NCBI RefSeq assembly: GCF_001194135.2
Contig: NC_068990.1
Location: forward strand, 88,551,180-88,615,179
Source: Octopus bimaculoides
Lineage: Eukaryota
Length of the DNA: 64,000 nt
Reading direction: 5' to 3'
Below are positions 60,669 through 64,000 of the stretch, in pieces (position 1 is the first letter of the stretch; each line of letters opens with the position of its first letter). The position numbers and the translations under genes are program-made. The notes below the pieces were generated by a model, which was not told where the DNA came from, ran no database searches, and saw only the letters and a program-made list of their open reading frames with translations.

Positions 60669-62589
60669 ACATCTATCTATTTATGTGTCTATTTATTTAT
60701 ATACATAAGCATATATATACAGGTATGTTGGTCGAAGCAGGAAAAATAGAACTCAAAGTATGAGTATATGTATAGCTCTAGAGAAGATTAATGGAGTTCG
60801 TTCTTTACTTCAATTGTTTGATTATGACATTTATTAATAAATGTGATTATTGTATTTGGGAACTATGATACTCCAAACTTATCAGGTAAGCTAACTGGAA
60901 TAAAATATGTAAATATCCATCATTTTTATACCTTTCCTATAGTACTCTGTAACTACATACCAGTTTACTTGGAGACTAACTTTAGGATTTACAAATTGGA
61001 CTGGTGACGTTCTGTTAAAGCATGGATTATCTGGATTTCTAAATCTATCATGGCTCAATTTTGTTTGTCTGGTTTCCTTTTCTTCACAGAGAGCTTACAA
61101 GATATTTCACCAGGCTCCTTAACCATTTCCTTTCATGTGATATATGTATGTCTGTATGTGTGTGCAGATGTCTTCAGTTTGTTATACAGTCAATATCTTT
61201 TATTCTAGATTTGTCCTTATCTCCTCATTCTCCCCCTCCTCCTCCTGCCATAGATTCACCGTTGATATCAGTTTCTCTTATCACTTCCAGTTGTTACAAA
61301 AGTTAACTGTGGACCTCCAAAGGATGTTGTTGGTGCAAAGAAGTCCTACACTGACACCACCTATAAATCTGAAGTGACCTACACATGTCCAGGAGGACAA
61401 CAGTTGAAGTCAAAGTGTAAAGATGACAATAAATGGACTCCAGTTGCATCCAATTGTAAAGGTAATGTAAATAGGTTCTCTTTTGCTGTCTCTTTCTAGG
61501 TTTTTTTATTAAATATCTTTGTCAGAGAAAGAATGACTGTATCCACGACAATTTCCATGGTATTTGTGGCTGATTAAAGAGAGAGAGAAACCTATCCTCA
61601 GAGAAGATAACTTCCTAAATCTATGCAATACAGAGAGCATAATTAAAGCTATCCAAGGTTCAGACAATGGTATTATCTTGGATAATGGATTAAATCTGCC
61701 AAACGAGAGCAGCAAGTGAGGAAGTGTGTTGTCTCCAGCAGGCTTCAGCATATTTTGTATCTAACATATTCCATTCAAAATACTTCATCACGAAGCAGAT
61801 TTTTAATTATGGAGCCATAAGTCCTCACAATACCACATTCTTGTTAAGTAAAATCTACAGCTCTACCTCAGCTAATCTTGGAAGTTTTTCTCTTAATTTC
61901 TAACTTCAGCTTTATTTCCCACACTTTGTTTCATCCTCCAAAACTCAGTACACTACAATGCACTGATTTTTCTTTACTAGAAAAACTTCTGATGCTCTAA
62001 TGGTCTTCCATTCCACCATCCTAAATCATTATGAGACAAATAATAATAGTGCTTTTAGATGGAAAAAGAGGCAACACTTTTCAATAGAAAGATGTTAGTA
62101 GCATTACCTCCAATACTTGGTTGCTATTTTGTGTTGTTGACCCACCCCTGGCAAGAATGAAACATAACTTTTGAGTTCAAATCCTGCTAATATCAACTCT
62201 GCCTTTTCAGGCCCATTAAAATTTTTAAGAAACCAGTCTAATGTAGGAATCAATTTAATTGATTAACTTCTACCTCAAATTTTTGTCTTTTTTCTACATC
62301 ATTGTTGTTTTTGGTGTTTACATTTGTCTCAATCTTCCTTTAATTCCAGTTTCTAAGATCCATTTTGTGAAAGTAAAAGGTGCAATTCTGGATGTACCTG
62401 GAAAAATTTTGGAGAGTAATAAAAGTGTAACAGCAGATGTTTGTGCAGAAAGATGTTTATCTTACAAAAATTGTTTATCATTTGAAATGAAGAGAAAAAG
62501 TGGAAAATGTTATTTATCAAAGGAAACTGCAGCTTCCTCCAAGAAAATAAAAGCAGCCAAAACCAAAGATTACTACCAACGAGTAAATG
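205..62589 (+). CDS. Interior of a giant multi-exon gene encoding tandem Sushi(CCP)-PAN/Apple-PAN/Apple repeats; 41 exons, 2883 codons in window, open at both ends
   Basis: 41 exons traced by hand, each with yAG acceptor and GT donor, all phase 1-1, all lengths multiples of 3. No internal stop and no stop at junction codons. Four conserved Cys per exon. No ATG/signal or terminal exon found. Confidence 0.88.
877..1116 (+). CDS. Exon A1, PAN/Apple domain type A
   Basis: ttccag|TT..AAAT|gtaatt; 240 nt; CAQKCLFYADCLMFEIDKGSRTCYFS...DYYQR (CxxxC-x5-C-xxF...C-Y/F-L/F PAN core). Confidence 0.88.
1786..2019 (+). CDS. Exon B1, PAN/Apple domain type B1
   Basis: tctag|CG..CCAG|gtcagt; 234 nt; CDKVCHQTPGCKSYEYKEKAKTCDRSNATH...GWDTY. 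Confidence 0.88.
2122..2255 (-). mobile_element. SINE 3' tail fragment ending in a (GAT)n tail
   Basis: (CAT)n followed by the reverse complement of a ..ccaacccatgccagcatg..gttaaatgatgatg type tail that recurs at 22250, 35730 and 58730. Confidence 0.55.
2490..2710 (-). mobile_element. RTE-type LINE 3' ORF remnant
   Basis: Minus-strand LHWMCKVSVH..LREKSGIKTIRCSVQ and MDVDSCIKK..DRDIW, matching the RTE C-terminal region also seen at 30195-30580. Confidence 0.6.
3854..4024 (+). CDS. Exon S2, Sushi/CCP (class b)
   Basis: cccag|AT..AACG|gtaacg; 171 nt; DCGPPKEVVDAVKTY...YTCPKGEQLKSTCGKDNKWTPVASACN. Confidence 0.88.
4492..4575. repeat. 21-bp minisatellite x4 (aagagagtcagcctcataaat)
   Basis: Four adjacent copies visible; paralogous introns (near 14385, 23765, 37135) carry a single related copy. 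Confidence 0.9.
5258..5497 (+). CDS. Exon A2, PAN/Apple type A
   Basis: ttctag|AT..AAAT|gtaatt; 240 nt; CAEKCLSDQKCLSFELNKENRKCYLS. Confidence 0.9.
6854..7084 (+). CDS. Exon B2, PAN/Apple type B2 (one codon shorter)
   Basis: ttccag|CT..CCAG|gtcagt; 231 nt; CSEACFQYIGCSTYQYNEQTKLCDLSNMT...SWDIY. Confidence 0.9.
7530..7697 (+). CDS. Exon S3, Sushi/CCP (class c, 56 codons)
   Basis: ttccag|TC..AAAG|gtaatg; 168 nt; DCGPPKDVSG...YTCQDGEILKAACKENNKWAPEVSCK. Confidence 0.88.
9496..9735 (+). CDS. Exon A3, PAN/Apple type A
   Basis: ttctag|TT..AAAC|gtaatt; 240 nt; CANECLTDKKCLSFEIMKKSGMCYLS. Confidence 0.9.
9975..10455 (-). mobile_element. RTE-type LINE reverse transcriptase fragment (decayed)
   Basis: Minus strand: DEMQFGF..TDAIFLVR..LYLAFTEVEKAFDRV..GVHQGLILSPLL..LLYSDYLVLIAESLSDLQKKFQVWK, with stops. 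Confidence 0.85.
10683..10819. other. Inverted repeat (about 34-bp arms) upstream of exon B3; MITE-like relic or RNA hairpin
   Basis: tttgtacacccctcttctgatggtgtgcttttgt ... acaaaagcacaccattagaaaaggaaggtacaaa; homologues at 30593-30700 and 54282-54419. Confidence 0.75.
11040..11273 (+). CDS. Exon B3, PAN/Apple type B1 (not in the ORF track)
   Basis: ttccag|CC..CCAG|gtcagt; 234 nt; CYEACYKNSECHSFEYNKKAKLCDHSNATH...GWDTY. Confidence 0.88.
12020..12560 (+). mobile_element. RTE-type LINE RT fragments (decayed)
   Basis: AIKDRKVGKAAGSSGII..., LLYLALINIEKALIRV..., KVGIDGCLMKAIQSL..SKVRV. Confidence 0.7.
13156..13326 (+). CDS. Exon S4, Sushi/CCP (class d)
   Basis: ttccag|CT..GAAG|gtaatg; 171 nt; NCAPPREIVG...YTCPHGGKLKSKCGKDYKWTSVNSTCE. 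Confidence 0.88.
13988..14158 (+). CDS. Exon S5, Sushi/CCP (class e, second of doublet)
   Basis: tttcag|CT..AACG|gtaaca; 171 nt; DCGNPKDIAG...YTCPEGEQLKSVCEKNNKWTPVVETCN. Confidence 0.88.
15029..15268 (+). CDS. Exon A4, PAN/Apple type A (very Lys-rich)
   Basis: ttctag|AT..AAAT|gtaatt; 240 nt; CAEKCLSDKKCLSFEINKENGKCFLS. Confidence 0.9.
15279..15889 (-). mobile_element. Solo LTR, 611 bp, TGTAGT...ACTACA, 4-bp TSD ATTC
   Basis: Flanked by ATTC at 15275-15278 and 15890-15893; empty site gtaattattcttagtat in paralogous introns after A8 and A12; AATAAA on the minus strand near 15385; CpG-rich interior. Confidence 0.85.
16797..17030 (+). CDS. Exon B4, PAN/Apple type B2
   Basis: tttcag|CT..CCAG|gtcagt; 234 nt; CKNSCQQYTGCNSYQYNAEAKLCDLSNVT. 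Confidence 0.9.
17640..17950 (+). mobile_element. RTE-type LINE AP-endonuclease fragment
   Basis: NVGTLK..DVWCIQEVRWR..ISGKERKCKIFWVDN..GVSIFLDEN*MDKVIKIVRMCDRI. Confidence 0.75.
18116..18700. other. Assembly gap (others: 22475-22657, 45701-45710, 46546-46964, 49323-49332, 57747-58596, 59849-59858)
   Basis: N runs, several flanked by (TA)n or (TG)n microsatellites. Confidence 0.99.
19214..19384 (+). CDS. Exon S6, Sushi/CCP (class a)
   Basis: ttccag|TT..GAAG|gtaatg; 171 nt; NCGPPKDVVGAKKSY...YTCPGGQQLKSKCKDDNKWTPVASNCE. Confidence 0.88.
19963..20202 (+). CDS. Exon A5, PAN/Apple type A
   Basis: ttccag|TT..AATC|gtaatt; 240 nt; CAERCLSDKNCLSFEITEETGKCYLS. Confidence 0.9.
20789..20940. mobile_element. 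SINE fragment (tttcagtcatttga..gtacttattctat..ctaagttac), same family as 49686
   Basis: Clear similarity to 49700-49810. Confidence 0.55.
21391..21624 (+). CDS. Exon B5, PAN/Apple type B1 (not in the ORF track)
   Basis: atctag|CC..CCAG|gtcagt; 234 nt; CDHACHQTPGCNSYEYDKKAKFCDQSNATH. Confidence 0.88.
22085..22295 (+). mobile_element. SINE 3' portion with GAT tail
   Basis: ..aaccatccaacccataccagcatgaaaaatggacgttaaatgatgatg; same tail family as 2122, 35730 and 58730. Confidence 0.6.
22823..22993 (+). CDS. Exon S7, Sushi/CCP (class b)
   Basis: tttcag|CT..AAAG|gtaaca; 171 nt; NCGLPKDIVG...YTCSDGVQLKSICQKDNKWTPVTSSCK. Confidence 0.88.
24427..24666 (+). CDS. Exon A6, PAN/Apple type A
   Basis: ctttag|AT..AAGC|gtaatt; 240 nt; CAEKCLSDESCLSFEINKKNRKCYLS. 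Confidence 0.9.
24895..25245 (-). mobile_element. Non-LTR retrotransposon C-terminal fragment (CCHC knuckle region, R4/Dong/NeSL-like)
   Basis: KIETKALICMALEQALRTNNVKYRTDNTTESDKCRMC..IVSE..LAQCKYKGHNYVARMIHWELC..WY. Confidence 0.75.
25972..26205 (+). CDS. Exon B6, PAN/Apple type B2
   Basis: ttccag|TT..CCAG|gttagt; 234 nt; CDEACSQYAGCNSYQYNKKKKICDLSNVT. Confidence 0.9.
26307..26980 (+). mobile_element. Penelope-like element reverse transcriptase fragment
   Basis: DIKGLYTGISHNEGL..LAELVLSLNCFSF..GVAMGMRMGPIYANLFVG..YIDD..FHPALKF..YKHTDSH..SHP..SIPFSQ, with stops. Confidence 0.85.
27576..27743 (+). CDS. Exon S8, Sushi/CCP (class c, 56 codons)
   Basis: ttacag|TT..AAAG|gtaatg; 168 nt; NCGPPKDVVG...YTCQKGGILKATCKENRKWAPVVSCK. 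Confidence 0.88.
29401..29637 (+). CDS. Exon A7, PAN/Apple type A (one codon shorter)
   Basis: ttccag|TT..GATC|gtaatt; 237 nt; CVEKCSSDTNCLSFEITKGSGRCYLS. Confidence 0.88.
30195..30580 (-). mobile_element. RTE-type LINE C-terminal RT/thumb fragment
   Basis: YLGHKVSSGG..WAKF*ELLPLLVT..RLYGACV*TAMLHGSETWAVT..LERNEASML..LREK. Confidence 0.85.
30970..31203 (+). CDS. Exon B7, PAN/Apple type B1 (not in the ORF track)
   Basis: atctag|CC..CCAG|gtcagt; 234 nt; CDRACLQIPGCKSYEYHEKKKFCNPSNETH; the poly-A run keeps the frame. Confidence 0.88.
32323..32455 (-). mobile_element. RTE RT fragment, reverse-complement paralogue of 12354-12481
   Basis: Reverse complement tatttagcattgatcaacttagagaaagccttaatcatggtcacatg.. 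aligns to tatttagcattgatcaatatagagaaggccttgatcagagtcacatg.. Confidence 0.75.
32550..32780 (+). mobile_element. Non-LTR retrotransposon CCHC-region remnant
   Basis: CQLCHISVENITNLINN*PKMSTMYYFLM*HDVVTNTIYNAI. Confidence 0.55.
33384..33554 (+). CDS. Exon S9, Sushi/CCP (class d)
   Basis: ttccag|TT..GAAG|gtaagg; 171 nt; KCGRPRDIAG...YTCPDREELKSKCEKDRKWTSVDSVCE. Confidence 0.88.
34695..34865 (+). CDS. Exon S10, Sushi/CCP (class e)
   Basis: tttcag|TT..AACG|gtaaca; 171 nt; DCGNPKDIAG...YTCPEGEKLKSTCEKDNKWTPIVETCN. Confidence 0.88.
35675..36114 (-). mobile_element. SINE/retroelement remnant shared with 58712-59093
   Basis: (CAT)n plus reverse SINE tail and about 350 bp co-linear with 58712-59093 in the S15-A12 intron. 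Confidence 0.65.
36115..36995 (-). mobile_element. Truncated hAT (Charlie/SPIN/GTF2IRD2-like) DNA transposon: one TIR plus transposase C-terminus with dimerisation domain
   Basis: TIR-like caggagtgtcaaac at 36115; minus strand LSHFPCC..NPFAVNVETALVQIQMELIELQCNGTLKTKY..MPQL then FGSTYLC*QLFSVMKMNKTSHRSHLTDEHLQSI; empty site gggtaagag|taactgg at 59085-59100. Confidence 0.88.
37727..37966 (+). CDS. Exon A8, PAN/Apple type A
   Basis: ttctag|AT..AAAT|gtaatt; 240 nt; 4 nt different from A4. Confidence 0.9.
38691..38924 (+). CDS. Exon B8, PAN/Apple type B2
   Basis: tttcag|TAG..CCAG|gtcagt; 234 nt; CDKACQQYIRCNTYQYNAKSKVCDLSNVT; tandem CAGTAG acceptor. Confidence 0.88.
39740..40545 (+). mobile_element. 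Internally deleted non-LTR retrotransposon (R4/Dong-like)
   Basis: PKLRYID..AE.KRI..ETN joined to RKTRKFLMMHEAHHSCADTDHLHTKR..RGLISVEDYITIELKSL..YL..SKETLL. Confidence 0.65.
40850..41020 (+). CDS. Exon S11, Sushi/CCP (class a)
   Basis: tttcag|TT..AAAG|gtaatg; 171 nt; NCGPPKDVVGAKKSY...CKDDNKWTPVASNCK. Confidence 0.88.
43489..43728 (+). CDS. Exon A9, PAN/Apple type A
   Basis: ttccag|TT..AATG|gtaatt; 240 nt; CAEKCLSDKNCLSFEIKGESGKCYLS. Confidence 0.9.
45331..45564 (+). CDS. Exon B9, PAN/Apple type B1
   Basis: ttctag|CT..CCAG|gtcagt; 234 nt; CDHACHQTPGCNSYEYKERVMFCDRSNVTH. Confidence 0.9.
45876..46046 (+). CDS. Exon S12, Sushi/CCP (class b)
   Basis: tttcag|CT..AAAG|gtaaca; 171 nt; KCGPPKDIVG...YTCPDGIQLRSICQKHNKWTPVASSCK. 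Confidence 0.88.
47805..48044 (+). CDS. Exon A10, PAN/Apple type A
   Basis: ctttag|AT..AAGT|gtaatt; 240 nt; CAEKCLSGKSCLSFEINKENGKCYLS. Confidence 0.9.
49360..49680 (-). mobile_element. Mariner transposon 3' end (TIR plus transposase C-terminus)
   Basis: TIR-like tgttgggtcatcccataaataat; minus strand PPYLLDIAPSDYHLFCSLQNHFDGK..WKSIVKNEREYILD*. Confidence 0.8.
49686..50046 (-). mobile_element. tRNA-derived SINE (CORE-like motif ggcaccttgggcaagtg), octopus-like
   Basis: Minus-strand head ggctgtgtggtaagaaacttacttctcaaccacatgattctgggttcaatcccactgcatggcaccttgggcaagtg with box A/B-like elements; family identity recalled, not searched. Confidence 0.75.
50172..50405 (+). CDS. Exon B10, PAN/Apple type B2
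   Basis: ttccag|TT..CCAG|gttagt; 234 nt; CSEACNQYLRCNSYQYNEHDKICDLSNVT. Confidence 0.9.
50638..50890 (-). mobile_element. Mariner transposon 3' end, second family
   Basis: TIR-like gatgtctgatcaataagtatccggact; minus strand LKGRRFQDVEEI..EFQECFHQWK*RWIKCVASKG.EYFKGD*. Confidence 0.8.
51145..51395 (+). mobile_element. Degenerate hAT (Tip100/ZMYM1-like) dimerisation-domain fragment
   Basis: SLSATSASCEKPLSSLKQEDNYMTCSESEEKFSNLVFISMNK..VIDEFVNKK. Confidence 0.5.
51853..52020 (+). CDS. Exon S13, Sushi/CCP (class c, 56 codons)
   Basis: ttccag|TT..AAAG|gtaatg; 168 nt; NCGAPKDVAG...YTCQDGEELKATCKENKKWAPEVSCK. Confidence 0.88.
52451..52532 (+). mobile_element. SINE 3' tail fragment
   Basis: accagttgcatactggggttgatctaatcgactggccccctccccaaaactttcgggccttgtgcctaaagtagaaaagaat interrupts the paralogous intron block; family recalled from octopus repeats. 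Confidence 0.5.
53060..53299 (+). CDS. Exon A11, PAN/Apple type A
   Basis: ttctag|CT..AAAC|gtaatt; 240 nt; CAEKCISDNTCLSFEITKKSQKCYLS. Confidence 0.9.
53933..54095 (+). mobile_element. L1/Tx1-like LINE RT C-terminal remnant
   Basis: VKLLGAYFGPE..RKLSLKVRAEVVNYYI. Confidence 0.55.
54672..54905 (+). CDS. Exon B11, PAN/Apple type B1
   Basis: atctag|CC..CCAG|gtcagt; 234 nt; 1 nt different from B7. Confidence 0.9.
55824..55994 (+). CDS. Exon S14, Sushi/CCP (class d)
   Basis: ttccag|CT..GAAG|gtaaag; 171 nt; DCGPPRDIAG...YTCPREEKLVSKCEKDKKWTVVDSGCE. Confidence 0.88.
56120..56375 (+). mobile_element. Mariner transposase N-terminal (HTH) remnant
   Basis: YGDNALPY..W..FKNGQT..STSSTDKKIQKAQEMVL..VTIDGVA..ISYHSAYEII. 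Confidence 0.65.
56380..56668. mobile_element. hAT-type non-autonomous element end
   Basis: Ends in aaaaatggttgagaacccctg (reverse complement CAGGGGTTCTCAACC, a Charlie-type TIR). Confidence 0.55.
57557..57727 (+). CDS. Exon S15, Sushi/CCP (class e)
   Basis: tttcag|CT..AATG|gtaaca; 171 nt; DCGNPKDIAG...YTCPEGEKLKSICEKDNKWSPIVETCN. Confidence 0.88.
59565..59804 (+). CDS. Exon A12, PAN/Apple type A
   Basis: ttctag|AT..AAAT|gtaatt; 240 nt; CAEKCLSVPNCLSFEINNENGKCFLS. Confidence 0.9.
59859..60041 (+). other. Exact 183-bp duplicate of 59666-59848 across a 10-N gap (assembly overlap)
   Basis: Identical sequence on both sides of the gap; starts mid-exon without an acceptor. Confidence 0.85.
60336..60569 (+). 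CDS. Exon B12, PAN/Apple type B2
   Basis: tttcag|TT..CCAG|gtcagt; 234 nt; CNKACEQYTGCNSYQYNAESKLCDLSNVT. Confidence 0.9.
61291..61461 (+). CDS. Exon S16, Sushi/CCP (class a)
   Basis: ttccag|TT..AAAG|gtaatg; 171 nt; 1 nt different from S6. Confidence 0.88.
62350..62589 (+). CDS. Exon A13, PAN/Apple type A
   Basis: ttccag|TT..AATG|gtaatt; 240 nt; CAERCLSYKNCLSFEMKRKSGKCYLS. Confidence 0.9.
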
Positions 62590-62618
62590 GTAATTATTCT
62601 TTCTGTTTCTATTTCCTA

Positions 62619-62902
62619 TAAGGAGATGTACTTGCACAGCAAGTGACCTGATCTTAGATCATGTGCTGAAACAAAAACAATTGCAGCATGGAAGGTGTTT
62701 ATAAGCCATTTAAAGCCACACAAAAGCCGTTAAATTTAAATTTAATTTGCCAAAATATTTTTGTCACTGTGAGACCGCGACCTGTTCACTGACAAAATTC
62801 TGTGCTGTATCTATTTTGGAAAATTAAATTTAAATGTTGAAGTGAATCTAACGGCTTTTGTGTGTTTCTAAATGACTTATAACACCTCCCATGCTGCAAT
62901 CG
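62619..62902. mobile_element. Foldback/MITE-like insertion, 284 bp
   Basis: Arms 62680-62757 and 62812-62900 are inverted repeats; flanked by ttctatttccta and ttctattttcta; absent at the same site after A9. Confidence 0.75.
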
Positions 62903-64000
62903 TTCTATTTTCTAGTTTTACTGAAATTTGTGATTCCATTTCTATGTCATAATATAGTCTGTTCCAATAGAACATCCTCTTTTAAGTGGGGTTAGATATT
63001 ATTTCTTAATATATATATAGAGAGAGAGAGAACTGTTTCTGTAAAGACATTGGCAAGTTTATTCATAACCACAGGCATAAACACATTCCTGAAATAAGCA
63101 ATTTTAGGAACTGTAAATACTGTTAAAGCATTCTCATACAACATTTGTTCATAAGTAACACTTTTCTGTATGTCTTCAGTTGCTTCTTTTTTGTGTGCGT
63201 GTGTAAGAAAAGAAATTCTTGTTATTTTCTTTTAATGCTGAATGCTAGTAGTAGTAGTATTAATAGTAGTAGTAGCAGCAGCAGCAGGAATTTCAAAGTT
63301 TGTTATGACGGTGTTAGTTTATATCACCAGCCTCAGTTCTTTACTGGTATTATATTGTAACTACACCAGAAGGATGAAAAGCAGTATTTCCCAATAGAGT
63401 TTGAACTTGGATTGTAAAGAGTTTGAACATGAAAAGTAAATGGCTTTTGCACAGTATTTCATTATTTGTTGCTCCCTTCTGATATGCAGACTAACAGGAT
63501 CAAATAATATTATTTCTCAGACACACACACAAGTATCACAAGCTTTTGAATGTGCATAGTGTTAGAGTTTGTTACTCTTCCAGCATTGTATGTTACAACA
63601 GGATGTGCATACACATATCCAGCTTTTATTTGAGACACCTACTTGTAACTGTTTAAATCCATCCACCTCTCTGCTGAGAGAATTCTACATAAAACCATGG
63701 TATATAGAGCAAGCTTCACTCCAACTGACGGTTTCCCTGTGAATTTCATGAGGCTTACAGCCAGTAACTTCATGGAAAGTTTCACTCAGCTTATATACTC
63801 TTTTAAGTTCATGTACAGGGAAAAGTCCACCTCAGTGTACTGTTTCATTTGGATTCTACCCAGCATAATCTGAAGCTTACTCACCAAATCCTAATCTTTT
63901 TCTACCAGAACATTTAATTGCAGTCTTTGTCTTTCTAATCCATAGAAGATGAAAAACACATACACAATGTGTACGTATACAATGAATATGTGTGTGTATA

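Larger units (their letters stand above)
205..64000 (+). repeat. Higher-order tandem repeat of a 13-exon unit (SAB-SAB-SAB-SSAB); units start at 205, 19214, 40850, 61291
   Basis: Exon classes recur in the same order; periods 19009, 21636 and 20441 bp; class-specific intron flanks recur at matching positions. Confidence 0.9.

Noticed and set aside
205-62589. Array of separate single-cassette genes or a protocadherin-like variable/constant cluster
   Set aside because: No cassette has its own ATG/signal exon, stop or terminal exon in the window; a constant region outside the window cannot be excluded
1-64000. CRISPR-like or prokaryotic system suggested by regularly spaced repeats
   Set aside because: The repeats are spliceosomal exons and introns of a eukaryotic gene, kilobases apart; no cas-like ORFs or short repeat-spacer array

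Overview
AT-rich, microsatellite-rich eukaryotic DNA with 7 N-gaps. The SINE, RTE, Penelope, mariner and hAT relics look like those I recall from octopus genomes; this is an inference, not a search result. The whole window is the interior of one very large + strand gene: no start, signal-peptide, transmembrane or stop exon is seen. I traced 41 intact exons, all phase 1-1 with AG/GT boundaries, in three classes: 16 Sushi/CCP exons (S, 171 or 168 nt), 13 Lys-rich PAN/Apple exons (A, 240 or 237 nt) and 12 PAN/Apple exons of a second type (B, 234 or 231 nt). Spliced in order they give 8649 nt (2883 codons) with no stop or frameshift. The exons form S-A-B cassettes, organised into a 13-exon higher-order repeat (HOR: SAB-SAB-SAB-SSAB, about 19-21.6 kb, about 915 aa) present 3 times plus the start of a fourth. 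Paralogous exons show both near-total amino-acid-changing divergence (B6 vs B10: 18 codons differ, none silent) and patchy near-identity that suggests gene conversion. The most interesting candidate system is therefore a rapidly diversifying, modular extracellular recognition or adhesion protein. Its function, expression and splicing cannot be determined from sequence alone.
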